Shown one piece after another: positions 1 to 9,956 of a stretch of DNA of 64,000 nt. The stretch comes from Escherichia coli. GTDB taxonomy: Bacteria; Pseudomonadota; Gammaproteobacteria; Enterobacterales; Enterobacteriaceae. The position numbers were made by a program, and so were the translations under genes. The stretch is from NCBI RefSeq assembly GCF_041886205.1, contig NZ_CP169029.1, one strand, 5' to 3'. The notes under the pieces were generated by a model. It was not told the origin of the DNA, searched no databases, and worked only from the letters and a program-made list of their open reading frames with translations. Numbering within the stretch: position 1 is the first letter of the stretch; every line of letters begins with the position of its first letter.

Positions 1-3000
1 TGCAGGCCGGGATGTGAGCAGTCAGGGTGCAGGTATCGCAGCGGAAGACAACATCACTGTCCGGGCCGGGCGCGACGTTAATCTGCTGGCGGAAGAGTCC
101 GTGACCGGCAGCAGTTCATACTCGAAAAAGAAAACGGTCATTGATGAAACCGTTCGCCAGCAGGGAACGGAAATCGCCAGCGGTGGTGACACCACCATTA
201 CTGCAGGACGGGATATCACCGCTGTTGCGTCATCCGTTACCGCAACCGGCAATATCAGTGTGAATGCCGGTCGTGATGTCGCCCTGACCACGGCGACAGA
301 AAGTGACTATCACTATCTGGAAACGAAGAAAAAAAGCGGAGGTTTTCTCAGTAAGAAAACCACCCACACCATCAGTGAGAACAGTGCCACCCGTGAAGCA
401 GGCGCCCTGCTGTCGGGGAACCGCGTGACCGTTAACGCCGGTGATAACCTGACAGTACAGGGTTCGGATGTGGTGGCTGACCGGGATGTGTCACTGGCGG
501 CGGGTAACCATGTTGATGTTCTTGCTGCCACCAATACAGATACGTCCTGGCGCTTTAAGGAAACGAAGAAATCCGGTCTGATGGGTACCGGCGGTATTGG
601 TTTCACCATTGGCAGCAGTAAGACAACGCACGACCGCCGCGAGGCCGGGACAACGCAGAGTCAGAGTGCCAGCACCATCGGCTCCACTGCCGGTAATGTC
701 AGTATTACCGCGGGCAAACAGGCTCATATCAGCGGTTCGGATGTGATTGCGAACCGGGATATCCGCATTACCGGTGACAGTGTGGTGGTTGACCCGGGGC
801 ATGACCGTCGTACTGTGGACGAAAAATTTGAGCAGAAGAAAAGCGGGCTGACGGTTGCCCTTTCCGGCACAGTGGGCAGTGCCATCAATAATGCGGTTAC
901 CAGTGCACAGGAGACGAAGGAGAGCAGTGACAGCCGTCTGAAAGCCCTGCAGACCACAAAGACAGCGCTGTCTGGTGTGCAGGCCGGACAGGCTGCGGCA
1001 ATGGCCACCGCAACCGGTGACCCGAATGCGACGGGAGTCAGCCTGTCGCTCACCACCCAGAAATCGAAATCACAACAACATTCTGAAAGTGACACAGTAT
1101 CCGGCAGTACGCTGAATGCCGGGAATAATCTGTCTGTTGTCGCAACCGGCAAAAACAGGGGCGATAACCGCGGAGATATTGTGATTGCAGGAAGCCAGCT
1201 TAAGGCCGGTGGTAACACAAGCCTGGATGCCGCGAATGATATTCTGTTGAGTGGCGCTGCAAATACACAAAAAACAACGGGCAGGAACAGCAGCAGTGGC
1301 GGTGGCGTGGGTGTCAGTATCGGTGCCGGTGGTAACGGTGCCGGTATCAGTGTCTTTGCCAGCGTTAATGCGGCAAAAGGCAGCGAGAAAGGTAACGGTA
1401 CTGAGTGGACTGAAACCACAACAGACAGCGGTAAAACCGTCACCATCAACAGTGGTCGGGATACGGTACTGAACGGTGCTCAGGTCAACGGCAACAGGAT
1501 TATCGCCGATGTGGGCCACGACCTGCTGATAAGCAGCCAGCAGGACACCAGTAAGTACGACAGTAAACAGACCAGCGTGGCTGCCGGCGGCAGTTTTACC
1601 TTTGGCTCCATGACCGGCTCAGGTTACATCGCTGCCTCCCGGGATAAGATGAAGAGCCGCTTTGATTCCGTTGCTGAACAAACCGGAATGTTTGCCGGTG
1701 ACGGCGGCTTCGACATTACAGTGGGCAGACATACCCAACTGGATGGTGCGGTGATTGCCTCCACTGCCACACCGGATAAAAACCACCTGGATACCGGAAC
1801 GCTGGGGTTCAGTGACCTTCACAACGAAGCGGATTATAAAGTCAGTCACAGTGGAATCAGTCTGAGCGGTGGTGGCAGCTTCGGGGATAAATTTCAGGGT
1901 AACATGCCGGGTGGCATGATATCCGCCGGAGGTCACAGCGGACATGCGGAAGGAACGACTCAGGCCGCAGTGGCAGAAGGCACTATCACCATCCGGGACA
2001 GGGACAATCAGAAGCAGAATCTGGCGAACCTGAGCCGTGACCCTGCGCACGCTAATGACAGTATCAGCCCGATATTTGACAAGGAGAAAGAGCAGAGGCG
2101 TCTGCAGACAGTGGGGCTTATCAGTGACATAGGCAGTCAGGTGGCGGATATTGCGCGTACACAGGGAGAACTGAATGCGTTGAAGGCCGCGAAGGAAGCA
2201 ACCGGCGAAACACTTCCTGCTAATGCAACAGAGAAACAACGTCAGGAATATCTTGCGAAACTGCGTGACACGCAGGCTTACAGGAATGAAATGGCGAAGT
2301 ATGGCACTGGTAGTGAAATTCAGCGGGGTATCCAGGTCGCGATGGCAGCGCTTCAGGGCCTGGCGGGCGGCAATATGGCAGGCGCGCTGGCAGGTGCTTC
2401 AGCGCCGGAGCTGGCGAACATCATCGGTCATCACGCGGGTATTGATGACAATACAGCTGCAAAAGCCATTGCCCATGCCATTCTCGGTGGTGTGACAGCA
2501 GCCCTTCAGGGCAACAGTGCGGCAGCAGGCGCAATTGGCGCGGGTACTGGCGAAGTGATCGCGTCAGCCATTGCGAAAAGCCTCTACCCGGACGTAGATC
2601 CGTCGAAACTGACAGAAGAGCAGAAGCAAACTGTAAGCACGCTGGCAACGCTGTCAGCGGGTATGGCCGGCGGTATTGCCAGTGGCGATGTGGCTGGCGC
2701 GGCTGCTGGGGCTGGTGCCGGGAAGAACGTTGTTGAGAATAATTTACTTGGCGGTAGTGAAGATGCTCAGGCTGCGTGGATACGCCAGCATGGTATCGAC
2801 ATGGCGACATGTGCAGAAAACCCTTCCGGTGCCGCCTGCCAGAAAGCAATGAATGAGAGGGATGCTGTAGGGCTGGCTCTGGCAACAGGTACAGTGGCAC
2901 TACTCCCCGGTAGTGCTCAGGCTATGTGGGGACTGGGAGCAAGTGCGAATGCTGGTATCAGTTATCTGGCTGATGGTACTGTAGATCCGGCAAACGCAGC

Positions 3001-3406
3001 CATTGCAGGCTGGGTGAATGTGTTCAGCATGGGTAATGGCCTGGCGGGGACTGTGGGCTGGAATGCGGCAGGTGGTGCGCTGGGTAACTGGATCGACAAC
3101 AAAGATCCTCTGTCTGGTGCAATTTCAAATGGTATCGGTTCTGCTGCCGGGTATGGTATCGGTAAAGGTGTTACTTGGGGGACAGATAAGATTACGAATG
3201 CTGTAGGAAAATGGGTGACAAATGGCTGGGATCCTAAGTACGATCCAACATGGATAAAATATGCTGAAGTAAATCGTAACGATATCATTCGAGAAGGCAT
3301 GAAACCGAGCAATGTTCCTGGAACTGCTGGAGATATTGGCGGTTCTATAGGATCTGAGCTAGGTGGAAAAGTAACAGATAAAGTATCTGAGGAACTCAAG
3401 AAATGA
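1..3406 (+). CDS. cdiA: CdiA contact-dependent inhibition exoprotein, C-terminal part (5' partial, gene continues upstream of window)
   Basis: Frame open from window start; repeated AGRD/AGND hemagglutinin-type repeats; pretoxin region; VENN motif encoded at 2732-2743 followed by a ~220-aa glycine-rich C-terminal domain ending in a K-rich tail. Confidence 0.85.
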   Translation, partial: AGRDVSSQGAGIAAEDNITVRAGRDVNLLAEESVTGSSSYSKKKTVIDETVRQQGTEIASGGDTTITAGRDITAVASSVTATGNISVNAGRDVALTTATESDYHYLETKKKSGGFLSKKTTHTISENSATREAGALLSGNRVTVNAGDNLTVQGSDVVADRDVSLAAGNHVDVLAATNTDTSWRFKETKKSGLMGTGGIGFTIGSSKTTHDRREAGTTQSQSASTIGSTAGNVSITAGKQAHISGSDVIANRDIRITGDSVVVDPGHDRRTVDEKFEQKKSGLTVALSGTVGSAINNAVTSAQETKESSDSRLKALQTTKTALSGVQAGQAAAMATATGDPNATGVSLSLTTQKSKSQQHSESDTVSGSTLNAGNNLSVVATGKNRGDNRGDIVIAGSQLKAGGNTSLDAANDILLSGAANTQKTTGRNSSSGGGVGVSIGAGGNGAGISVFASVNAAKGSEKGNGTEWTETTTDSGKTVTINSGRDTVLNGAQVNGNRIIADVGHDLLISSQQDTSKYDSKQTSVAAGGSFTFGSMTGSGYIAASRDKMKSRFDSVAEQTGMFAGDGGFDITVGRHTQLDGAVIASTATPDKNHLDTGTLGFSDLHNEADYKVSHSGISLSGGGSFGDKFQGNMPGGMISAGGHSGHAEGTTQAAVAEGTITIRDRDNQKQNLANLSRDPAHANDSISPIFDKEKEQRRLQTVGLISDIGSQVADIARTQGELNALKAAKEATGETLPANATEKQRQEYLAKLRDTQAYRNEMAKYGTGSEIQRGIQVAMAALQGLAGGNMAGALAGASAPELANIIGHHAGIDDNTAAKAIAHAILGGVTAALQGNSAAAGAIGAGTGEVIASAIAKSLYPDVDPSKLTEEQKQTVSTLATLSAGMAGGIASGDVAGAAAGAGAGKNVVENNLLGGSEDAQAAWIRQHGIDMATCAENPSGAACQKAMNERDAVGLALATGTVALLPGSAQAMWGLGASANAGISYLADGTVDPANAAIAGWVNVFSMGNGLAGTVGWNAAGGALGNWIDNKDPLSGAISNGIGSAAGYGIGKGVTWGTDKITNAVGKWVTNGWDPKYDPTWIKYAEVNRNDIIREGMKPSNVPGTAGDIGGSIGSELGGKVTDKVSEELKK

Positions 3407-3660
3407 AATATTCTTCTCGAGTGGTAATAGGTAAGTTTATTATATGCAGTTCAATTCTCTTATTGTGTTTTATTGGCATGATCTTAGCGGCCATAATAAC
3501 TAAACTAACGTTTGTAGCGTTAGCATGGTTTCAAAGCGGGATTTTTGAAGTTTTGTGGAGCGATATTGTTTATGCTGCTCAGTTGGGTGGTCTGGGGGGG
3601 GGCATATTAGGTTTTTGTTGGGTTTTGTTATATCTTTTTAGGGCAAAGGGCTTTAGTTGA
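3403..3660 (+). CDS. cdiI: Putative CdiI immunity protein (85 aa, predicted membrane protein)
   Basis: Start overlaps cdiA stop (ATGA); small hydrophobic protein immediately after the toxin domain. Confidence 0.65.
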   Translation: MKYSSRVVIGKFIICSSILLLCFIGMILAAIITKLTFVALAWFQSGIFEVLWSDIVYAAQLGGLGGGILGFCWVLLYLFRAKGFS

Positions 3661-4564
3661 GAATAACTACCTCAGCTACGACGAGGCGCATGCTTTTGAC
3701 AGAGAAATGACGGCCTGTCGTAAAGCGGGTGGAGACTGTGGCGATATTCAGAATAAATATGCTGTATTAAGCGCAGAGAACCGACAGAAATTACACATTG
3801 ATGTGGCTGCAGATCCTCTTACGGCTCTGTCCGGGGAAGATAAATGGAATATTGAGGGCGGACTCAGCGCGGCGGGCCGACCTGGCTGGCTGTATGGTTC
3901 ACTGACTAATCAGGAGGTGAAGGATTACGTGACTGAAGGCAACAGCTACGACCTGAACTATCTGAACAGTAATACGTCGAAGGGTGACAGGGCTCTGGCT
4001 TTCTTCGGGGAACCGGAAAATTACTGGGGTACGGTTGCCGGAGCGGGTTCGTTGTTAACGTCATCAGCCACGCTGACTGAAAAATTTGTCAGTGCCGGGC
4101 TGAGCTATGGGGCTAATGGTGCGGTACAAATTGGTACGGGAAATATCGGTGATAAGTTCGATTATCTCAGTTTCATGATGTCAGGCTTGACTGGTGTAGG
4201 TACAGCCGGGAAAGGATATTACGCTAACCAGTTGTTGGGTGCTGGTAGTGCTTACATGAGCAGCCAGATTGAAGGCCAGGACAGTACCGCATCAGTAGTG
4301 GGTAGCATGGCTGGTACAGGCCTAGGATATAACGTTGGTGCTTCAATTACTAATAAGTTAGAAGCTCAATACATCAAAAATCAACTGGGAATGGACGCCA
4401 GTAAATATTCACTGCAATATTCGGAAAAGTCTATCGGATACGGTATGTATCAAGGCGGACAAATGAGTTCTATACCAGGAACATTTGGTGGATTTGTTGG
4501 TTCATTCGTATCAGAAGGTGCAAGCAGCGCAACGCAAAAAGAAGTTGATGGAGACAAAAAATGA
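3656..4564 (+). CDS. Orphan cdiA-CT module 1 (VENN remnant + glycine-rich toxin domain); internal ATG at 3707
   Basis: Frame begins with [11 protein letters not shown] directly after cdiI stop, with no upstream start; Gly-rich domain ending EVDGDKK like the main CT. Confidence 0.65.
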   Translation, partial: VENNYLSYDEAHAFDREMTACRKAGGDCGDIQNKYAVLSAENRQKLHIDVAADPLTALSGEDKWNIEGGLSAAGRPGWLYGSLTNQEVKDYVTEGNSYDLNYLNSNTSKGDRALAFFGEPENYWGTVAGAGSLLTSSATLTEKFVSAGLSYGANGAVQIGTGNIGDKFDYLSFMMSGLTGVGTAGKGYYANQLLGAGSAYMSSQIEGQDSTASVVGSMAGTGLGYNVGASITNKLEAQYIKNQLGMDASKYSLQYSEKSIGYGMYQGGQMSSIPGTFGGFVGSFVSEGASSATQKEVDGDKK

Positions 4565-4779
4565 AAAAATATCTACTACTTCTTATTAAGTTGTTACTTA
4601 TATCTATAGCTACTTGCTCTATTGGAATAGTGGTTAGTATCTGGCTTATAGCTCGGGAACCAATACCTTCTGAGGTGTATGTAAAATACGGAATAATTGG
4701 CGCAGTAGTTGGCTTATGGGGAGGTGCTGGGATTTGGTTACAACTCTATCTACAAATGCGAAGATACTATCGTAAATAG
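4561..4779 (+). CDS. Orphan cdiI 1 (72 aa membrane protein)
   Basis: ATGA overlap with preceding toxin module; strongly hydrophobic. Confidence 0.55.
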   Translation: MKKYLLLLIKLLLISIATCSIGIVVSIWLIAREPIPSEVYVKYGIIGAVVGLWGGAGIWLQLYLQMRRYYRK

Positions 4780-5429
4780 TTGTTGTTGAGAATAACTCAC
4801 TGGCGCATGTACTGGCAGCAGCGGAAGCGAACAAAGCAGGGACTGCAGAGAAATGGCAGGAAGAGCAGCAGGCTGCGATTAGAGAGGCGTGCAGTGGTGG
4901 TACGCCGGTTTCGTGTGAAACAGCAGTCGCAGCGATGGGAAGTGCAATGGTATGGCCGCTATTGCCAGGGGCGGCAGCCACTACAAGTCTGATAGGTGCA
5001 GGAGCGAATGCCGGCATCGGGTTACTGATTAACGGTGAAGTGAATCCAAATGATGTCATTCTTGGTTACTGGACGGGAGTCTTTACAGCAGGAACTAGGC
5101 TGTGGGGGACGATGGGTGTGAATGCGGCCAGCGGAGCCACATCCAGCTATCTAAAAGGTGATGATCCGCTGAAAGGTGGGGCAATGGGGGGAATGTCGTC
5201 AGGATTAGGATATGGTGCTGGCAAAGTTCTTCAGGGGCAACTCGATAAGTTCATTAATCCAAACTGGAAGAATTGGGAGTGGGTTGATGTTGGTATGGGC
5301 ATATCGAAGCCAATGCCATTAGATCCACTGCCTGGGGTTATCGGCAATATGGGAGGTTCTGCGTCTACAGAATACATCAACGATCGAATAGGAAAATCTT
5401 TGAGTGATAAATCAGGAGATAAGAAATGA
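4779..5429 (+). CDS. Orphan cdiA-CT module 2 (VVVENN + glycine-rich toxin domain); first ATG at 4935
   Basis: In-frame VENN codons at 4785-4796 with open frame through 5429; no start codon before 4935. Confidence 0.6.
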   Translation, partial: VVVENNSLAHVLAAAEANKAGTAEKWQEEQQAAIREACSGGTPVSCETAVAAMGSAMVWPLLPGAAATTSLIGAGANAGIGLLINGEVNPNDVILGYWTGVFTAGTRLWGTMGVNAASGATSSYLKGDDPLKGGAMGGMSSGLGYGAGKVLQGQLDKFINPNWKNWEWVDVGMGISKPMPLDPLPGVIGNMGGSASTEYINDRIGKSLSDKSGDKK

Positions 5430-5680
5430 GTTCTTCTGACCGCAAAAAGATCCTGATCCTTTTAATATGCATGGTGACTGGTAGTGCTGTTGGTGTTTTT
5501 ATAACCATACTATCTATGTCTTTATTAATAGATATATATCTATATATCGCAGAAGGTATAAGGTTAGACATGCATACATATAATCTTGAAAAACTTTTTA
5601 AAGTAAGTTCATTCTGTGGTTGTATAGGCGGCGGTGGCTGTTGGTTACTCTATTATCGAAATTATAGAAAAAATAAATAA
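5426..5680 (+). CDS. Orphan cdiI 2 (84 aa membrane protein)
   Basis: Overlapping start; hydrophobic segments. Confidence 0.55.
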   Translation: MSSSDRKKILILLICMVTGSAVGVFITILSMSLLIDIYLYIAEGIRLDMHTYNLEKLFKVSSFCGCIGGGGCWLLYYRNYRKNK

Positions 5681-5682
5681 TA

Positions 5683-5820
5683 GTTGAGAATAACTACCTC
5701 AGCTACGACGAGGCGCATGCTTTTGACAGAGAAATGACGGCCTGTCGTAAAGCGGGTGGAGACTGTGGCGATATTCAGAATAAATATGCTGTATTAAGCG
5801 CAGAGAACCGACAGAAATAG
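5683..5820 (+). pseudogene. Duplicated stub of orphan module 1 (VENN-proximal ~135 bp) ending in TAG
   Basis: 5684-5817 is a near-exact copy of 3658-3791, then TAG at 5818-5820, in the same frame as the following module. Confidence 0.6.
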
Positions 5821-7173
5821 GATATTGCCGGGCTCAGCCGGGACCCGGAAAACGCCAACGGCAGCATTGCACCGATATTTGACAGGGAGAAAGAGCAGAA
5901 GCGTCTTCAGGAAGCGCAGGTTATCAGCCAGATTAGCGGTCAGATGAGTAACATCGTCATGACGTATGGCGAAACTGAAGCGATGAAAGCAGCCAGGAAA
6001 GAGCATCCTGGCATGAGCGATGCACAGTTGCGGGAGACTCCGGAATACAGAGAGGTCATGAAAGGCTACGGTACGGGCAGTACGCCGCAGATGGTGGTAC
6101 AGGCCATCACAGGCGTGCTGGGCGGACTGAATGCAGGGAATCCGGGGCAGGTACTGGCTGGCGGTCTGAATCCGGCAGTGGCACAGCTTATAAAACAGGC
6201 CACCGGCGATAACCGGGAAGCAAACCTGATGGCTCACGCAGTCTGGGGAGCGCTTGCCGCACAACTGGGCGGAAACAATGCGGCTTCCGGTGCTGCAGGG
6301 GCATTCAGCGGTGAACTTGCAGCCCGGTATATCATTGATAACTACTACGGTGGTCGTACCGATAACCTGAGTGAACAGGAACGTCAGCAAATCAGCATGC
6401 TGGCCACCATTGCCTCAGGTATTGCGGGCGGGCTTGTCGGCAACAGTACAAGTGCTGCCGGTACGGGGGCACAGGCAGGCAGGAACTCGGTTGAGAATAA
6501 TGCGCTGAGTCTGGTTGCCAGAGGCTGTGCGGTCGCAGCACCTTGCAGGACTAAAGTTGCAGAGCAGTTGCTGGAAATCGGGGCGAAAGCGGGCATGGCC
6601 GGGCTTGCCGGGGCGGCAGTCAAGGATATGGCCGACAGGATGACCTCCGATGAACTGGAGCATCTGATTACCCTGCAAATGATGGGTAATGATGAGATCA
6701 CTACTAAGTATCTCAGTTCGTTGCATGATAAGTACGGTTCCGGGGCTGCCTCGAATCCGAATATCGGTAAAGATCTGACCGATGCGGAAAAAGTAGAACT
6801 GGGCGGTTCCGGCTCAGGAACCGGTACACCACCACCATCGGAAAATGATCCTAAGCAGCAAAATGAAAAACCTGTAGATAAGCTTAATCAGAAGCAAGAA
6901 AGTGCGATTAAGAAGATCGATAACACTATAAAAAATGCTCTGAAAGATCATGATATTATTGGAACTCTCAAGGATATGGATGGTAAGCCAGTTCCTAAAG
7001 AGAATGGAGGATATTGGGATCATATGCAGGAAATGCAAAATACGCTCAGAGGATTAAGAAATCATGCGGATACGTTGAAAAACGTCAACAATCCTGAAGC
7101 TCAGGCTGCGTATGGCAGAGCAACAGATGCTATTAATAAAATAGAATCAGCCTTGAAAGGATATGGAATATGA
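5821..7173 (+). CDS. Orphan cdiA pretoxin-VENN-CT module 3; toxin domain ends with GYGI
   Basis: ~220 codons homologous to the cdiA pretoxin region ([22 protein letters not shown]...), VENN at 6490-6501, C-terminal tetrapeptide GYGI at 7159-7170; first ATG at 5944. Confidence 0.7.
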   Translation, partial: DIAGLSRDPENANGSIAPIFDREKEQKRLQEAQVISQISGQMSNIVMTYGETEAMKAARKEHPGMSDAQLRETPEYREVMKGYGTGSTPQMVVQAITGVLGGLNAGNPGQVLAGGLNPAVAQLIKQATGDNREANLMAHAVWGALAAQLGGNNAASGAAGAFSGELAARYIIDNYYGGRTDNLSEQERQQISMLATIASGIAGGLVGNSTSAAGTGAQAGRNSVENNALSLVARGCAVAAPCRTKVAEQLLEIGAKAGMAGLAGAAVKDMADRMTSDELEHLITLQMMGNDEITTKYLSSLHDKYGSGAASNPNIGKDLTDAEKVELGGSGSGTGTPPPSENDPKQQNEKPVDKLNQKQESAIKKIDNTIKNALKDHDIIGTLKDMDGKPVPKENGGYWDHMQEMQNTLRGLRNHADTLKNVNNPEAQAAYGRATDAINKIESALKGYGI

Positions 7174-7556
7174 TTACCTTACGTAAATTGATTGGAAACA
7201 TCAATATGACAAAAGAGCCTGAGCAACAATCACAGCTTGAACTCTGGTTCGAACGTATCATAGATGTGCCTCTTGAAAAGTTAACAGTGGAAGATCTTTG
7301 CCGCGCTATCCGACAAAATTTATGTATTGATCAGTTGATGCCAAGAGTGTTGGAAGTTCTAACTAAAGAGCCGTTAGCGGGTGAATATTACGATGGTGAA
7401 CTAATTGCAGCTTTATCAACGATAAAAGGAGAAGATCTAAAAGATCAGAAAAGTACCTTTACCCAAATAAGGCAACTTATAAACCAGCTAGAACCGTCAG
7501 ATATTAACGATGATTTAAGAAAAGATATATTAAAAATCAATCAGATAATTGTATAA
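7170..7556 (+). CDS. Orphan cdiI 3 (128 aa, soluble-type immunity protein)
   Basis: ATGA overlap with module 3 stop; non-hydrophobic protein. Confidence 0.55.
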   Translation: MITLRKLIGNINMTKEPEQQSQLELWFERIIDVPLEKLTVEDLCRAIRQNLCIDQLMPRVLEVLTKEPLAGEYYDGELIAALSTIKGEDLKDQKSTFTQIRQLINQLEPSDINDDLRKDILKINQIIV

Positions 7557-7597
7557 CTAATCCCGGTCACTGAGCCGAGATCTTCTTTGTGTGCCGG

Positions 7598-9415
7598 GCA
7601 TGTTCAGCAGCTCGGGGGTGAAAGTCCCCTGTCCAGCCTGATGGTGGCGAAGGACTAGCGAAGCGCAAGGGCGTCGTCGTAAGGCGGGGTCTGAAGGAAG
7701 CGTGAAGCAAATCCATGACCTGACGAACAGAAATCCGATACGAGGCCTACCCGGTTGGCGGAGCAAGCAAAGAATTGCGAAGGCCATAACCATCAAGAAC
7801 CGGGGGGTAAATCGGACAGGTGTGTGGTGAAGGCGTCTGAACTTACCCCGGGAGGCCTGTCCGTCGTTCTGTATCTAGAACTTAGCGTACCGTAAGGGGC
7901 GCTGACCGGCGGACAGGAGTCAGCAGAGGGCATAGTAGGGCATGACACCCGAAGGCCCGAACGGTAATGAGTGACGAGTATCAACGGAGGTTCTGAACGG
8001 TCATGCAGCAGAAAACGCATCGCGCCCCTGAGGCCGGAGAACGGGGTGAAGCCCCGAACGCCGCCCTTCCGGGGGCTGAAACCGTGCAGGCACCGACGAA
8101 CAGAGAAAGTCCGTCGTCAACAGTGTGGCTGATGGAAGCCATTTGTGAACCAGTCAATCTCAGGCAAGCCCTGAAAAGAGTTAAAGCCAACAAAGGTGCA
8201 GCGGGAGTCGATGGTATGCGCGTAAGCGAACTGCCGGACTACCTGAGGCACCACTGGCCAGAGCTGAAAGCGCAACTACTGTCTGGCAGATACCGCCCAT
8301 CTCCTGTGAGAAGAGTGTCCATACCGAAGCCCGGCGGCGGCGAACGTCTGCTGGACATCCCGACGGTGGTGGATCGCTTCATCCAGCAGGCGATGATGCA
8401 GGTATTGCAGGGGCACTGTGGGATAGCTCGTTCAGCGATAACAGCTACGGGTTCCGTCCCGGTCGTTCGGCCCACCAGGCAGTGATACAGGCCCGGGAAC
8501 ATATCGGGGCCGGGTATCACTGGGTGGTCGACCTCGATCTGGAGAAGTTCTTCGACCGGGTAAATCACGATGTGCTGATGAGCCGGATAGAGAAACGAGT
8601 ATCGGATAAACGGGTGTTGTCACTTATCCGCAGGTTCATGAATGCAGGGGTGATGGACGCAGGTCTGGTAAGGCCGGTGACAGAAGGAACGCCGCAGGGC
8701 GGCCCACTGTCGCCGCTGCTATCGAACCTGCTGCTTGACGACCTCGACAAGGAACTGGAGAAACGTGGTCTGAAGTTCGTGCGGTACGCAGACGACTGTA
8801 ATGTCTACGTGAAAAGCGAACGGGCAGACAACCGGATCATGGCGGGGTTGACGCACTGGCTGAGCCATAAACTGAAGCTGAAGGTCAACGCGAAGAAGAG
8901 TGCTGTAGCACGCCCTGAAACGCGCAAGTTCCCTGGATACAGCTTCATAAGGGGGCGGAAGGTATGGTGCGTGGTATCGCCGGAGTCGATAAAACGGTTC
9001 AAAATGCGGATAAGAGCACTGACCGGACGCAACACAGGGAGAAGCCTTGAACAGCTAACCCGGTTGCTAAAACGATATCTGACGGGCTGGAAAAGTTACT
9101 ACGGGCTGAACCAGAGGCCATCGCTGATGCGAGAGCTGAACGGATGGATAAGGCGCAGTCGAGGCGTAAGCAAGGACCTTGCGGCGCAAACAGCAGGAAG
9201 CTGCCATAAAGAGTGGCGGATAAGCTGTAGTCCGGCACTGAATATAGCACTCCCCAATAATCTGTTCTCCAGACTGGGCCTGCCAGAAGTATAGGCAGGC
9301 GACGATCAACATAACCGAACCGCCGTATACGGCCCCATACGTACGGTGGTGTGGGAGGAAGCTGATCGTGAGATCAGCTCCTATCCCGATTTAACCGTCA
9401 GTCTCCCCCAAAATG
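7598..9415 (+). mobile_element. Group II intron (boundaries approximate)
   Basis: GUGUG-type 5' start near 7598, structured GC-rich RNA domains, internal RT/maturase ORF, domain V-like hairpin near 9320-9360. Confidence 0.65.
8003..9294 (+). pseudogene. Group II intron reverse transcriptase/maturase, frameshifted near 8420-8430
   Basis: RT motifs (SYGFRPGRSAHQA, YADD) split between ORF 8003-8485 and ORF 8482-9294; the correct frame switches between ...QVLQ and LWDSSFSDNSYGF. Confidence 0.75.
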
Positions 9416-9442
9416 CCCGTCCTGGCGCTTGTACACTGGCAT

Positions 9443-9535
9443 ATTGGCATGATCTTAGCGGCCATCATAGCTAAACTAACGTTTGTAGCGTTAACATGGT
9501 TTCAAAGCGGGATTTTTTAAGTTTTGTGGAATGAT
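9443..9535 (+). pseudogene. Decayed fragment homologous to cdiI (copy of ~3473-3565)
   Basis: About 90 bp at ~93% identity to the internal part of cdiI at 3403-3660, with a stop-creating substitution. Confidence 0.6.
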
Positions 9536-9735
9536 GCGTATTTTCATGAAAGGAGATCACTCAATAACTTCCATCGAGATCGGGTAATAACATTGTAAGC
9601 TTCCGGGGAACTCATATTGACGCGTTTTTCAGGCGCGCGTCATCGGCGGCGCATACGAACGATCGTGGTCTGATAACGGTTGATTTATTTTGTTGCACAG
9701 GGGCGATCGCCAGGCAGGTACCGGAGGCGGGCTCT

Positions 9736-9817
9736 GAAGTACTGAGTAGGGTGATCGCGTCAGGCCGCGAAGTACTGACTCGGGGATTAATGGCAGGTGA
9801 TGATGTACTGACCCGGG
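9736..9817. repeat. Three direct repeats GAWGTACTGA-N3-GGG spaced exactly 33 bp apart
   Basis: Copies begin at 9736, 9769 and 9802. Confidence 0.5.
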
Positions 9818-9956
9818 AATGACTCCGGGCTGATTCAGGTTCTTATTCGCTGTCAGCCCGTGTGGTTGCTGGTCTGGCTCATTTCCTGTCGTCAGGAGTT
9901 CAACTCCCGACTGCAGGTTATGGCCCGGTGCACGAACACCTGACGGCAGGTATCAC

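Noticed and set aside
22-1519. Several minus-strand and alternative-frame ORFs inside the cdiA coding region (22-291, 313-609, 491-802, 724-1449, 1070-1519, 1251-1472)
   Set aside because: They lie entirely within the long cdiA frame; repeat-rich GC-biased sequence yields spurious open frames and none has a recognisable protein signature.
4780-4992. 70-aa ORF at the start of orphan module 2
   Set aside because: It is in the wrong frame relative to the in-frame VENN codons; the VENN frame (4779-5429) is the biologically coherent one.
9736-9817. Possible mini-CRISPR from the three 33-bp-spaced repeats
   Set aside because: Only three short motif copies with no conserved full-length repeat unit; retained as a candidate iteron or binding-site finding instead.
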